Shown here piece after piece: positions 10,613-21,271 of a DNA stretch of 64,000 nt. The DNA is from Candidatus Obscuribacterales bacterium (lineage in GTDB: Bacteria; Cyanobacteriota; Vampirovibrionia; Obscuribacterales; Obscuribacteraceae). The notes below the pieces were generated by a model. It saw nothing but the letters and a program-made list of their open reading frames with translations. It was not told the origin of the DNA and ran no database searches. Each line of letters opens with the position of its first letter. The first letter of the stretch is position 1. The position numbers were made by a program, and so were the translations under genes. The stretch spans positions 2,496,001-2,560,000 of the forward strand of contig CBDDIJ010000003.1 of assembly GCA_965228855.1 (NCBI GenBank), read 5' to 3'.

Positions 10613-11278
10613 GATCTTCGCTCCGTTCAAGTGGGGTCCGTGGTCGGCCAAGAAAAGCCGGACCTATGCGCGTACAGCACATGGACTAAACTAGCCCAGT
10701 GTGTTGAAGCGCGATGAACCGGACGAGGCTAAGCGGCTTGCCTGTCATGGTTCTGTGCTTAAATCTAGTGATACCTGATGTGATACCGTTCCGGTCAATC
10801 GAATGGAAAAATTCCGAATCAACGACTCAGTACACTTCCCGGATTTTTTTGTTTCTCTCGAAACATCCGTGTGAATTCTGTAGCATACAGTTCACATGTC
10901 CACACTCTATTCTTCAGATTTCCAACAACGCAATTGGAACGCACTACAACTTCCAACACTGGCGATTCGCTATTCATGCCGTTTTTCATTTACTCTGAGA
11001 CCATCACGTTTCAGAATAGTTGTAGAACATTTTACGCTAAAAGTTTTAAGTGCCACCACAAGCAGTGCACTAAAGTGTGATTAACATCCCACCAGAGTGG
11101 GATAGACCGAAGCACAATCACACCCAGGTGCATCAACCGGGTGAACGAAGGTGTGACAAGCGCCTTCGGCAATGTTACACCGTCGTCTGAGTAAGTGTTA
11201 CGCGCACAGAAAAGGATTGACTCTGGTGAAATAATTGAATATCGACATGACCACGATAACAAGGAGAGCGAACACTCC

Positions 11279-11881
11279 CTAGGTTTCGATAATAGGAGCG
11301 TATTCTCTCCACGACATTCCGAAGGTCCATGCGACAGCCTCCTTAGCGGTTCTCATATAAGGTGGTACACGCAGGAAATACCGAGAGGGTTTTCCGGAAG
11401 GACCAACAGTCGCGTCGTAAACGCACAGGAGCATGATCGGCTCGTCCCCTGCTGTTAGCTGCTTTCGGTACAGTTGCCCGTAACGGCTTTCGTCAAGCAA
11501 AGTCGCGTTTGAGTCACGCAAAAAATTGTCCAGTCCGAATTGCTGTATCAAGCTCTTGTAGTTTGCCCACAATCCATCCGCTTCTCCGTCAGAGATCACA
11601 TTTCGGAACCAAGCAAACAATCTACTAAGAGATACAAAATGCAACCAGACATACAACGTGCAAACGAAGAAAAACATATGAACGTCTTTGTCTTGAGGAT
11701 TGGCTATCCAGCCAAATAGGCGGTTTACGGATAGTTGAAGAAGTTCAATCCCCTTCAACGCACTGAGACCGAACAGAAGCCAGAACAGAAATACGAGGTT
11801 AAGAACAACGGGTCCAATCCTGTCGTCGAAATCGTCAAGGTCATGAATTTTGACTTCAGTTAAGCACTCTTTGCCTGTCAT
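11279..11881 (-). CDS. Membrane protein with DUF6745-like C-terminus
   Basis: GGAGG/AAGGA RBS; two hydrophobic segments; end YFLRVPP..TAKEAVAWTFG..YAPIIET resembles DUF6745 (from memory). Confidence 0.6.
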   Translation of the reverse strand: MTGKECLTEVKIHDLDDFDDRIGPVVLNLVFLFWLLFGLSALKGIELLQLSVNRLFGWIANPQDKDVHMFFFVCTLYVWLHFVSLSRLFAWFRNVISDGEADGLWANYKSLIQQFGLDNFLRDSNATLLDESRYGQLYRKQLTAGDEPIMLLCVYDATVGPSGKPSRYFLRVPPYMRTAKEAVAWTFGMSWREYAPIIET

Positions 11882-12053
11882 AATCCATCCGTCCTTTAAG
11901 CCTCCTCTTCCACCTTACCAGAACAATCGCCGGGGTGTTAGCACTGTTGCAAAACAGCAGATCTAGAGGCGGGATCAACACTGCTAACGAAAAACAAGCA
12001 CCTGATTTCGCCTGCAACTATAATGGGCAACAAGCAAAATTTGAGGGAATCGT

Positions 12054-13031
12054 GTGTCCAAAGTCAGAGCAGCCGTGACGCTAAAAAGAATCATTTCAAT
12101 ATCGCTCATAACGCTGGGCACAATAGTGACCAGCGCCACCCTCGCCGGATTTGTCCCGAATCTGCAGCTTTGCGACATTGCCAGCCAGTTTCGACTCGTC
12201 TATGTCATAGTTCTCGGTTTAATTTTGGTGCCACTGATGGCAGTTCGTTCGGTGGTCGGAACCGCAATTGTCGCAATCGGTTTTGTAATCAACTCCGTCC
12301 CCATAATTCTTCTTTCGATTAAACCGAGCTGCGAGCATCCCAACAAAATGCAGACGGTTACGCTGCTAAACTACAACTCCGAATTTCAAGCAAATAACCG
12401 AGTGGATCTACTCCGACAGGAGATCGACAAAAAACGTCCTGACGTAATCGCGCTGGTAGAAATCAATCAAGATTGGCTGGACAAGCTTCAGCCGTCCCTA
12501 ACTGAATATCCACATCAAACACTTGCGCTTGACGGTCCGGGACTCGCTCTCTTCAGCAAATTCCCAATCAAGAAAGCAGAAATCAAACATTTTGGAAAAA
12601 CTAATCATCCCAGAATACTTGCGACACTCGCAGTTGGAAGCAAGCATTTAAATTTGATCGTTGCTCATCCAACTACGCCCAAAGTATCCGGTTTTGCAGA
12701 GCGCAATCAGGAACTCAAGTTGATAAGCGACGAGGCGAAGGCACTCGCATCACCCAAGATAGTTGTCGGAGACTTCAACTGTACGCAGTTTTCACCAGCG
12801 TTTAAACAGTTTGCAACTGCAGGTCTCCATGACTCCTCCCAGGGATTCGGTCCCCAACCAACCTGGCCCGCTCGGACAGGGCGTGTGATTCCTAATACCT
12901 TCATACCACCTGTGGTGCCAATCGACCATGTGCTTGTAAGCGGCGATATCTGCGTTAAGAAACGGGAGGTTGGTCCGCCTATTCAATCGGACCACCTGCC
13001 TGTTTTCGTCACTACTTTGATTCCCCAATAG
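12054..13031 (+). CDS. Endonuclease/exonuclease/phosphatase family protein (YafD-like)
   Basis: 3 N-terminal TM; PDVIALVE, VGDFN, IDHVL, SDHLPV motifs. Confidence 0.9.
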   Translation: MSKVRAAVTLKRIISISLITLGTIVTSATLAGFVPNLQLCDIASQFRLVYVIVLGLILVPLMAVRSVVGTAIVAIGFVINSVPIILLSIKPSCEHPNKMQTVTLLNYNSEFQANNRVDLLRQEIDKKRPDVIALVEINQDWLDKLQPSLTEYPHQTLALDGPGLALFSKFPIKKAEIKHFGKTNHPRILATLAVGSKHLNLIVAHPTTPKVSGFAERNQELKLISDEAKALASPKIVVGDFNCTQFSPAFKQFATAGLHDSSQGFGPQPTWPARTGRVIPNTFIPPVVPIDHVLVSGDICVKKREVGPPIQSDHLPVFVTTLIPQ

Positions 13032-13245
13032 AAGGTTTCGATAGGCAAACTCGGCTCATTCTCCGGATCGTTTTCTAGAATTCGTTAAAAACAGTTGCAA
13101 ACAAGTGAGCCAATGGTTTCCATGCAGGGGAGACGATTGTCATTAAGCGATAATTGAAAGCTGTCCGAAAGTGCAATAGCGTCGGATTATGGTGTCGCGG
13201 GCTTTAGCCGCTGCACCCGCAAACACACATAAACAAGAGGCCAAG

Positions 13246-15681
13246 ATGACATATAGGAAATTTCGCGCGCTATTAGCGTCAACCCTGCTTCTTACAACTC
13301 TCTCCAGTCCAGGCAACGCAGAGACGCTGAATCCTGAGTCATCTATGGATCGCTCCACATTGCCCATTCCAGAACCGAAAATTCCGCACATCACGACCCT
13401 CGACGCAAGAAACGCAACACCGCCTCCGCGTTTTGAGGTAAAAGCTCCGAAGAAGGCACCAAATGTGGTGATTGTCCTGATTGATGATATGGGATACGGA
13501 CATTCAAGTGCATTCGGAGGTCCGGTTAATATGCCGACTCTCGAAAAACTCGCAAACAATGGACTGCGTTACCGAGACTTTCATACGACCGCGTTATGTT
13601 CACCTAGTCGTGCCGCGCTCCTCACCGGCCGCAATCATCACATGAATAATATGGGTTCGATTACGGAGACTGCGACAGCGTTTCCTGGACAGACCGGACA
13701 ACGGCCCAATAGCGTGGCCCCACTTGCGGAGATGCTACGCCTAAATGGCTACTCAACAGCAGCGTTTGGTAAATCACACGAAACTGCAGCCTGGGAAGTC
13801 AGCACTTCAGGACCGACTGATCGCTGGCCAACGCGATCGGGATTCGATAAGTTCTATGGTTTCATCGGCGGTGAGGCCAATCAGTGGGCTCCGACTTTGT
13901 ATGACGGTTTAAATCAGGTCGAACCGCCCAAAGATCCGAACTATCACCTTGTAACAGACATGACTAATCAAGCGATCCACTGGCTACAGTCGGAAAAGTC
14001 GCTAACTCCGGAAAAGCCATTTTTCATCTACTTTGCTCCGGGCGCGACCCATGCTCCGCACCACGTACCAGCTCAGTGGATCGAAAAGTACAAAGGGAAG
14101 TTCGATAAAGGTTGGGATAAACAACGAGAGGAAACTCTTGCCAGACAAAAAGAAATTGGCATGATGCCTCCCGATGCCGAGCTTGCGCCGAAACCAGCGG
14201 CAATTAAGGATTGGGACAAGTTGACAGATGATGAGCGAAAACTCTTTGCGCATCAGATGGAGGTGTTTGCGGGTTACGGAGAGTTCGCCGACCACGAAGT
14301 TGGACGTCTAATTTCTGCAATTGAACGGGTTGGACAACTCGACAACACTCTCATCTTCTACATCGCCGGCGACAATGGCGCCAGCGCAGAGGGAGGATTT
14401 AATGGGCTCTTCAACGAAATGAGTTATTTCAACGGCATGCCGGAAAGCGTCCAAGACATTTTGAAGCACTACAATGAGCTTGGTGGACCAAAATCGTACG
14501 GACACTACGCAGCTGGTTGGGCTGTGGCGGGCGACACACCGTTTACCTGGACGAAACAAGTTGCTTCCGATTATGGTGGCACTACTAACGCAATGGCGGT
14601 ACATTGGCCCGAGCGCATTCAGGGCAAAGGAGAAGTTCGTTCTCAATTTCACCACGTCATAGATGTGGCGCCGACCGTTCTTGAAGCAGCTGGATTGCCT
14701 GAACCCAAGAGCGTTAACGGAGTCGCGCAAACACCGATTGAAGGTGTGAGTATGCTGTATACGTTCGATGATGCGAAAGCAAAGAGCACCCACACGACAC
14801 AATACTTTGAGATTTTCTGTAATCGTTCTATTTATCATGACGGCTGGTTGGCAGGAACTATGCACAGAGCGCCCTGGGAGATGAAACCTTCCCATTCTAT
14901 CGAGGATGATAAGTGGGAGCTTTATGACACCAGAAATGATGCCTCTCTGAAGAATGATCTTTCAATCAAAAATCCTGAAAAACTCAAAGAGTTGCAAGCC
15001 TTGTTCCTCAAGGAAGCGGTGAAATACAGTGTTCTCCCGCTGGACGATAGAGTGCTTGAACGCCTCAATCCAACCTTATGCGGGCGCCCGGATCTGATGG
15101 CCGGCAGAAATTCGCTCACGGTATACCCGGGTATGACCGGCTTGACGGAAAACGTTTTCATCAACACGAAAAATCGCTCTTACTCGATCGACGCCTCGAC
15201 AAAAATTCCAGAGGGCGGAGCTAGCGGTGTCTTGATCGCTCAGGCAGGACACTTCGGAGGCTGGAGTTTCTACTTGAAAGGCGGCAAACCGGCCTTCACC
15301 TATAACTTACTGGGAATGAAACAATTCACTATCGAAGCACCAGATGCAGTGCCAAGTGGTCCGGCAAAAATACAATTTGAATTCACGTATGATGGCGGCG
15401 GTACTGGAAAGGGCGGCACTGGAAAAATCCTCGTAAATGGTAAGAGCGTTGCTTCCGGCCGAATAGAACAAACCCAGGGCTTCATGTTCTCTGCCGATGA
15501 AGGCGCAGACGTAGGAGTCGATTTGGGCACACTGGTTACCGACTACGGAACTGACGAAAACAAATTTTCAGGAGAGATCGAATCCATCACAATCACTGTG
15601 AAGCCCATAGAAACTGCCGATAAACTCGACCACGAAAAGCTTCACGCAGTAGGTTCGCTAAAGAAAACTCTATCGGACTGA
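13246..15681 (+). CDS. Arylsulfatase (formylglycine-dependent, Cys type), secreted
   Basis: PNVVIVLIDD, CSPSRAALLTGR (CxPxR), GKSH, GDNG; GAGG RBS and signal peptide from ATG 13246. Confidence 0.95.
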   Translation: MTYRKFRALLASTLLLTTLSSPGNAETLNPESSMDRSTLPIPEPKIPHITTLDARNATPPPRFEVKAPKKAPNVVIVLIDDMGYGHSSAFGGPVNMPTLEKLANNGLRYRDFHTTALCSPSRAALLTGRNHHMNNMGSITETATAFPGQTGQRPNSVAPLAEMLRLNGYSTAAFGKSHETAAWEVSTSGPTDRWPTRSGFDKFYGFIGGEANQWAPTLYDGLNQVEPPKDPNYHLVTDMTNQAIHWLQSEKSLTPEKPFFIYFAPGATHAPHHVPAQWIEKYKGKFDKGWDKQREETLARQKEIGMMPPDAELAPKPAAIKDWDKLTDDERKLFAHQMEVFAGYGEFADHEVGRLISAIERVGQLDNTLIFYIAGDNGASAEGGFNGLFNEMSYFNGMPESVQDILKHYNELGGPKSYGHYAAGWAVAGDTPFTWTKQVASDYGGTTNAMAVHWPERIQGKGEVRSQFHHVIDVAPTVLEAAGLPEPKSVNGVAQTPIEGVSMLYTFDDAKAKSTHTTQYFEIFCNRSIYHDGWLAGTMHRAPWEMKPSHSIEDDKWELYDTRNDASLKNDLSIKNPEKLKELQALFLKEAVKYSVLPLDDRVLERLNPTLCGRPDLMAGRNSLTVYPGMTGLTENVFINTKNRSYSIDASTKIPEGGASGVLIAQAGHFGGWSFYLKGGKPAFTYNLLGMKQFTIEAPDAVPSGPAKIQFEFTYDGGGTGKGGTGKILVNGKSVASGRIEQTQGFMFSADEGADVGVDLGTLVTDYGTDENKFSGEIESITITVKPIETADKLDHEKLHAVGSLKKTLSD

Positions 15682-15708
15682 GGAAACAACACTTCCTCAC
15701 ATCCATCT

Positions 15709-15749
15709 TTCATCCAGTAAGTTAGACAATATCTAACTTACTGGATGAA
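15709..15749. terminator. Perfect 18-bp hairpin, probable bidirectional terminator
   Basis: TTCATCCAGTAAGTTAGA-caata-TCTAACTTACTGGATGAA between convergent sulfatase and tRNA. Confidence 0.7.
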
Positions 15750-15830
15750 TTTATCAACAATAAACCATCAGTCGATGTCTGGACTAAACAACAAAAGAGT
15801 TGCGGTTTATAAATCGTAGAAATAAGAGAG

Positions 15831-15904
15831 GGCAGACGAGGGGACTTGAACCCCCGAGTGCTGGAACCACAATCCAGTGCCTTAACCACTTGGCGACGCC
15901 TGCC
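15831..15904 (-). tRNA. tRNA-His (GTG)
   Basis: Cloverleaf G-1 GCAGGCG..AGTGGTTAAGGC..CTGGA-TTGTGGT-TCCAG..GGTTCAAGTCC..CGTCTGC-C73; CCA not encoded. Confidence 0.97.
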
Positions 15905-15959
15905 ATAGACGCGGAGAAACAGCTCCGGACTGCATTATACAAAAAATTCGCAAGCCATC

Positions 15960-18017
15960 TCACTTTAGATTGAGAAACGCAAAGAAGGGCGGCAAAACCC
16001 AAGCCAGTGCACCGCCTGCGGCGAAGGCGAAAATCCATGACCCGATCCAGATTGTGAGCGCCACCTTAGGTCCGCGCTCTTTTATCATGACGCCCACGGT
16101 TGCAATACAGGGCACAAACAAGGTAATGACAATCATGGCGGTCACAGCTTGAGCCGCTGTCAGAGCCACATCTGTTAGACCGAACGCGGCAAAATCGCGC
16201 CTCACAATACCTAATATAAAGGTAGTAGGAATGCGGGGGTCGTCAGGCAAATGCAGCCAGTGCACCACCAATGGTTGCAACGCGGTGACAAATAGATCTA
16301 ATAGACCGATCATTTGCGCAACGGTAACGAGAAATCCAGCAAGGCAAAACATGGGCGCTGCTTCGGTGAGAAACAACCAGGATTTTTTCCAGGTCTTTTT
16401 CGCGACGTTATCCCAACGGGGAAGACGCATGGGTGGCAGATCGATGAGAAGCGCTTGAGATTTTCCCGGAAGAATTTTGTTTAGTAGAAGACCGGAAACG
16501 GCAAGAATTCCGACAACGAGTAAACCGTAAACAGCCCAGGCCGCACCACCGCCAGCCCGAGCCAACGTTCCCGACACAACTCCAAGCTGTGCAGAACACG
16601 GAATGGCAATTCCAAGTAAAGCCGTTGCAATCATTTTCTCTCGATTGGTTGTGAGCAAACGAGTAGTAATCGTCGCCATCGTCACGCATCCCAAGCCGAG
16701 AATCAAGGGAATGATTGCGCGTCCGTTCAACCCGAGCTTGTTCATCATGCGATCGACGAGTACCGCCAGGCGAGGAAGATATCCGGAGTCCTCCAGCAAT
16801 GAAAGTCCCAGGTAGAAACCGAGCACAAGCGGCATCAATAGCCCAAGAAGATACGTTACTGTTAAGGTCAGAATTCCGTACTCTCCGACAAGAATGTTTC
16901 CAACTATCGTCAAAAAGTTGTTCTTGTACTTCCAAAAATCAAACTTGATCTCGTCTGGTTTCGTTGCAGCAATCGCAGCGTTATACTCAACAAGCGTTTC
17001 CTTAGAAACCTTTGAAGAAGCTGTTCCTTCGGGGAATTCAAACGTCTTTCCATTTGCTTCGATTGCAACTGGCGCGTAGGTTGCAACTGCTTTCCTCACC
17101 ACCGGTTCATAATAAACGCGCATAGTCTGATTCTCAGTAATCTCGACAAGATCACCGGCAATCCAGACGCCAAGCACCTGGTAAAAGATAAAGTAGCAAA
17201 CGAATAATGCAATCGCGCCACCATATATGGGGTGCAAGAGAAAACGTCCAAGTCGCACAGATAACTTTGTCGACTTCGCGCTCTCTTCTACACAATCGTG
17301 CACGAGCTCGTCAGCAAGGCGTCTTCGAGCGACATAGATTTCGTTTCTCGCGTCTTCGGAACTGACTCCGGTCTCTTCGATAGTTTGTTGATCCGCCTCA
17401 AGAACTAGCAAAGCGCGCGCCTGATCGAGACCACGCGCGACCAATGGTTGCAGTTTTTCCTGCATCTCAGGCAGTATCGCACCGGGCCGCGCACTTTTAA
17501 CGAGCGTCCCGATTTCTCTAACGCCCTTGTTCTCAACTGCAATGCAATACATCACAGGAACGCCCAGACGTTCTGACATCAAATCGAGGTCGATCGTAAG
17601 ACCTCGCTGCAGAGCTTCATCCCACTGGTTGAAGACGACTATGAGCGGCTTGCCCATGTCTATCAGTTGCAGGGTAAGAAACAGATCGCGATCCAAACTG
17701 AGAGCCGAAACTACATTGACCACAACGTCCGCTTCAAGAATCATCCGACGCGCCGCCCGCTCTTCGTCGTTCAGACTTGAAATGCCATATACCCCTGGCG
17801 TGTCAGCGAGCTCATGGGCGCCGAGATGTCCACGCGCGATGTCAATGGTGGTTCCAGGGTAGTTCGAAACATCAGCGCTGAGCCCGGTAAGCGCATTGAA
17901 AATTACAGACTTGCCTACGTTAGGATTGCCGGCCAATACGATACTGGCGCGAGCAGACACAGCCGGGTGACCACCCGAACTCTGATTATCTTTTGTCAGG
18001 TCGCGAACGCCGACCAT
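15960..18017 (-). CDS. feoB: Ferrous iron transporter B
   Basis: GNPNVGKS, NYPGTT, DTPG G-motifs; LEDSGYLPR, GLGC, IPCSAQ, LFVPC gate motifs; start set at ATG 18017. Confidence 0.95.
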   Translation of the reverse strand: MVGVRDLTKDNQSSGGHPAVSARASIVLAGNPNVGKSVIFNALTGLSADVSNYPGTTIDIARGHLGAHELADTPGVYGISSLNDEERAARRMILEADVVVNVVSALSLDRDLFLTLQLIDMGKPLIVVFNQWDEALQRGLTIDLDLMSERLGVPVMYCIAVENKGVREIGTLVKSARPGAILPEMQEKLQPLVARGLDQARALLVLEADQQTIEETGVSSEDARNEIYVARRRLADELVHDCVEESAKSTKLSVRLGRFLLHPIYGGAIALFVCYFIFYQVLGVWIAGDLVEITENQTMRVYYEPVVRKAVATYAPVAIEANGKTFEFPEGTASSKVSKETLVEYNAAIAATKPDEIKFDFWKYKNNFLTIVGNILVGEYGILTLTVTYLLGLLMPLVLGFYLGLSLLEDSGYLPRLAVLVDRMMNKLGLNGRAIIPLILGLGCVTMATITTRLLTTNREKMIATALLGIAIPCSAQLGVVSGTLARAGGGAAWAVYGLLVVGILAVSGLLLNKILPGKSQALLIDLPPMRLPRWDNVAKKTWKKSWLFLTEAAPMFCLAGFLVTVAQMIGLLDLFVTALQPLVVHWLHLPDDPRIPTTFILGIVRRDFAAFGLTDVALTAAQAVTAMIVITLFVPCIATVGVMIKERGPKVALTIWIGSWIFAFAAGGALAWVLPPFFAFLNLK

Positions 18018-18076
18018 ACATACCGCCTCGAATCCACCACAGCTAAAACGTCGCTGCCCGGCGGACCACATCTAAT

Positions 18077-18091
18077 TGAGAAATTTTATCA
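18077..18091. promoter_or_regulatory. Fur-like box
   Basis: TGAGAAATTTTATCA, 11/14 match to 7-1-7 TGATAATnATTATCA, 60 bp upstream of feoB. Confidence 0.65.
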
Positions 18092-18187
18092 ATAAAGGCG
18101 GCTCAAGAGCGACCCACCTGAGCAAACATGCTAATGTAGCCACGGACTTGAAGCCGGAAACGCAAACAGGCAGCCGAACTTACAGGA

Positions 18188-21100
18188 ATGGCAATTTTGA
18201 TGACACTCAAAAAAATTAGTCAATTGAGATTCTCTGCCCCGTTCAAGAGGCTCATGACGCTCGTGCTGGTTACCTGCCTTTCACTTGGGTTTCTGAGTTC
18301 CGCTGCGGTCGGTCAGTCCGCGCCCAGGACTATCAACGCCGTAAAACTTGCAAATGGTTTGCGCGTAATATTGATTGAAGAACCAGCCTTCCCGATGATT
18401 TCCAGCCAACTCTGGCTGCACGTCGGCTCATTCGACGATCCCGCCGGAGCCAGCGGCACCTGTCACGTAATAGAACACCTCCTGGCCGAAACCATGAAAG
18501 CCAACGGCGCCAGCCTCGCTCGACGATTGATCGGAAGCGGTGGGCGTTACGACGCCTTCACGAGCGACGACTTCACCGTGTTTCTTGAGAATCTTCCTTC
18601 CACCCAACTGGAACTGGCGTTGTCTCTCCAGGCTGAGCGCTTGAAGGACAGGAATTTTTCCGCGCAGGCTGTCGATGTAGCGGCAAAACAGGTGGCACTG
18701 GAAATCGAAGCCTCGCATTCCAATCCCGACCGAACCTTATTGAGAGAAGTTCGCGCTCTTCGGTTCACCAGACATCCATATAAGAACCTACCTTCCGGAA
18801 TCGAAGAAGAAATCAAGTCACTTAACCCGCAAATCGCCACCGATTTTTTCAAAGAACATTTCATCCCCTCCAACGCAACGCTTGTTTTATCAGGAGACTT
18901 GAAGGCCAATCAGGCATTGAAGCTGGTGGAACAGTATCTTGGCTCAATTCCTGCTCGCAAGGGGATGTCACCGAATCTAATACCATACGAACCACTTCAA
19001 ACGGGTGAAAGAAGAGTCTACTTAAAGTACGGCGGGAAGAAAAACAAACTGCTTATCGCCTTCCAGGCTCCAGCAGCAACTGATCCTAGCGCCGCTCCCA
19101 CAGCGGTCCTTGAGAGTCTGCTAGGAAATTCGACCTGCGGGCTTCTGCATGATTTCGCTGTCAATACAAAAGTCTGCGACTCCGCCTCAGCATCATACGA
19201 ACTGAGAAAAAATCCGGGAGTTCTCTCCATCTCCTGCGAGGCTCCGGCAAACGTCAGCTCGACAAAAATGCTCTCCACCATCGAGGAGGTGTGCGACAAA
19301 ATTAGAGAGGGCAGTTTCGACGATGCGGCACTTGCCGAAGCAAGAAAGCGCGCCGTATTTTCCTTTCTGAAAAACAAAATCGGTCCATACAAAACCGGTT
19401 TTCAGCTCGGCTTCTTCGATTCCCTCGAAAAATTAGACCAGGCGGAACTCTGGCAGCGCCAGTTGGAATCGGTTTCAAAACAGGATGTGTTGCGGCTGGC
19501 AGCATCATATCTGGTGTCATCGAAGCGCAGCGTCGGATTTATGCTCGGTCAAACCAGCGCATCGTCAGTTCAGAAAACAGCATACAGGCCATCTGTGAAA
19601 ACGCTGGCCTCGTCGTCCTGTGCAAAACCAGACCGCCAACAAATGCACTTTTGCAGATCTGCGCTCGGGAATATGCAAATTGCTGCCTACGATCCATATC
19701 TAGATGGTTCGAGAACAGACTCAACTGACGAACCCCAGGATGAAGCCCCGGACGCCCCTGCTGAAGACTCATCGACGGGCACGTCGATTCCCCCTGCCGC
19801 CGGCTCCGCTGGACCAAGCACCACCACTTCGTCAGGCCCATCTGGTTCTACAACCGTCACTGGAACGCCGGTTAAACAAACGCAGCCACCACAGGTGACG
19901 ACAGAACCGGATACGGTGGCGGCACCACAGGAAGAGGCACCTCGCGCACCAGCCTCCGCAACCCGTTCGAATATCAGCGAGTTCATCCTTATAAACGGAA
20001 TTCGATTGATAGTGTTCAAAGCAGACTCGAGTCCTGTAGTACGCATATCTGGCGCTGTACGAGCCGGGCACGTCTATGACCCTATCAATAAACCTGGATT
20101 GTCGGACACCACGGTAGCCCTGATGAATGGAAGCTCCGCGAAGATATCGAAAGAAAACTCAGCACGTATGCAAGCGCAAAACGGGTTAGACCGCGCTGAC
20201 CAGATAAGATTTTTCGAGGGTCGCGAACAAATTTCATTCCACACGAGCTGCCTGGTGCAAGATCTGGCAACTCAACTCAAATTGGTTAGCCACCATTTGA
20301 CAGACCCAGCCCTCGACGACGCATCGCTAAGCGCAGCTCGCAACACGGTCGCTGGTACCATCAAGCGCAGACAGAACACCGTTCAGGATCGCGCCAATCG
20401 GCTTCTTCTTCAAAACTTACTCTCCGACAAGTCTCAGTTCAATCCGCCCAGCCCTCATGAACTCCTCGCGTCCGTTCTAAAAATCACCGCGGATGATATC
20501 AATCAGTTTCGCGGAACCAACATCGCACCCTCAACTACCACTATCGTATTATCAGGGAATATAGACCCTCAAGACGCGAATCGACTGGTTACGAGTGCGT
20601 TGGGTCAGTGGCAGGGCAAAGCAAAAACACCGGCAGTCAGCGCTCAGGCAAACAAGCGTCTGGTCACGAAGGTGAATTTGCCCTCCGACGACAACGTCAA
20701 AGTGGAGCTTGCACTCGGTCGTTTGTTGCCGACGCCTGTTTCAAAACCGGAATACGCACGCCTGATTTTGGCAGACTGCGCTCTTCTCAAGCATCCGCTT
20801 TACGCGCGCCTGACGAATCCTAAGAAGATGCCCGACCTGGATGACTCAGTCTCGATTCAAAGTATTTTGATGCCGATGGCTCAACAGTGCGCCTGGATTC
20901 TGGACGTTAACTTGACCGAAGCGAAGCTGCCTGGTATCGCGGGCGCTATCAAACAACAATTCAGAGACTTGCAGACGACAGGTCTGAGTAATTCCGAACT
21001 GTCTGAGATGAAGCGATTTATCAGCGGACAAGTTTGTGTAAATCGATTGAATGATGTGATTCACAGCGCTGACAGCATAATCGACGCGGTTTCGACCGAC

Positions 21101-21271
21101 CGAGAACCAGACTACTGGTTTAACTTGCCCTCAGCGATTGAGGCAACAGCTCTTGGCGATGTAAACCAATTCATCAAAAACGAGTTCCAGCCGGATAAAG
21201 CGTGTGTCGTTGTTGCCGGAAGTAAGAAGGCAATCAAGCTTGTCCCGTCTTTTAGACGCGGAAAAGATTAG
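18188..21271 (+). CDS. M16 (pitrilysin-like) peptidase, two fused halves, exported
   Basis: Signal peptide, LANGLRV, HVIEH (HxxEH), AFTSDDFT, HPY; second half LINGIRL without zinc motif; P/T/S linker. Confidence 0.85.
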   Translation: MAILMTLKKISQLRFSAPFKRLMTLVLVTCLSLGFLSSAAVGQSAPRTINAVKLANGLRVILIEEPAFPMISSQLWLHVGSFDDPAGASGTCHVIEHLLAETMKANGASLARRLIGSGGRYDAFTSDDFTVFLENLPSTQLELALSLQAERLKDRNFSAQAVDVAAKQVALEIEASHSNPDRTLLREVRALRFTRHPYKNLPSGIEEEIKSLNPQIATDFFKEHFIPSNATLVLSGDLKANQALKLVEQYLGSIPARKGMSPNLIPYEPLQTGERRVYLKYGGKKNKLLIAFQAPAATDPSAAPTAVLESLLGNSTCGLLHDFAVNTKVCDSASASYELRKNPGVLSISCEAPANVSSTKMLSTIEEVCDKIREGSFDDAALAEARKRAVFSFLKNKIGPYKTGFQLGFFDSLEKLDQAELWQRQLESVSKQDVLRLAASYLVSSKRSVGFMLGQTSASSVQKTAYRPSVKTLASSSCAKPDRQQMHFCRSALGNMQIAAYDPYLDGSRTDSTDEPQDEAPDAPAEDSSTGTSIPPAAGSAGPSTTTSSGPSGSTTVTGTPVKQTQPPQVTTEPDTVAAPQEEAPRAPASATRSNISEFILINGIRLIVFKADSSPVVRISGAVRAGHVYDPINKPGLSDTTVALMNGSSAKISKENSARMQAQNGLDRADQIRFFEGREQISFHTSCLVQDLATQLKLVSHHLTDPALDDASLSAARNTVAGTIKRRQNTVQDRANRLLLQNLLSDKSQFNPPSPHELLASVLKITADDINQFRGTNIAPSTTTIVLSGNIDPQDANRLVTSALGQWQGKAKTPAVSAQANKRLVTKVNLPSDDNVKVELALGRLLPTPVSKPEYARLILADCALLKHPLYARLTNPKKMPDLDDSVSIQSILMPMAQQCAWILDVNLTEAKLPGIAGAIKQQFRDLQTTGLSNSELSEMKRFISGQVCVNRLNDVIHSADSIIDAVSTDREPDYWFNLPSAIEATALGDVNQFIKNEFQPDKACVVVAGSKKAIKLVPSFRRGKD

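Noticed and set aside
10714..11458. Short ORFs in the intergenic gap
   Set aside because: Mutually overlapping, no recognisable motifs
11279..15904. Genomic island integrated at tRNA-His
   Set aside because: No integrase and no duplicated tRNA 3' end found by eye
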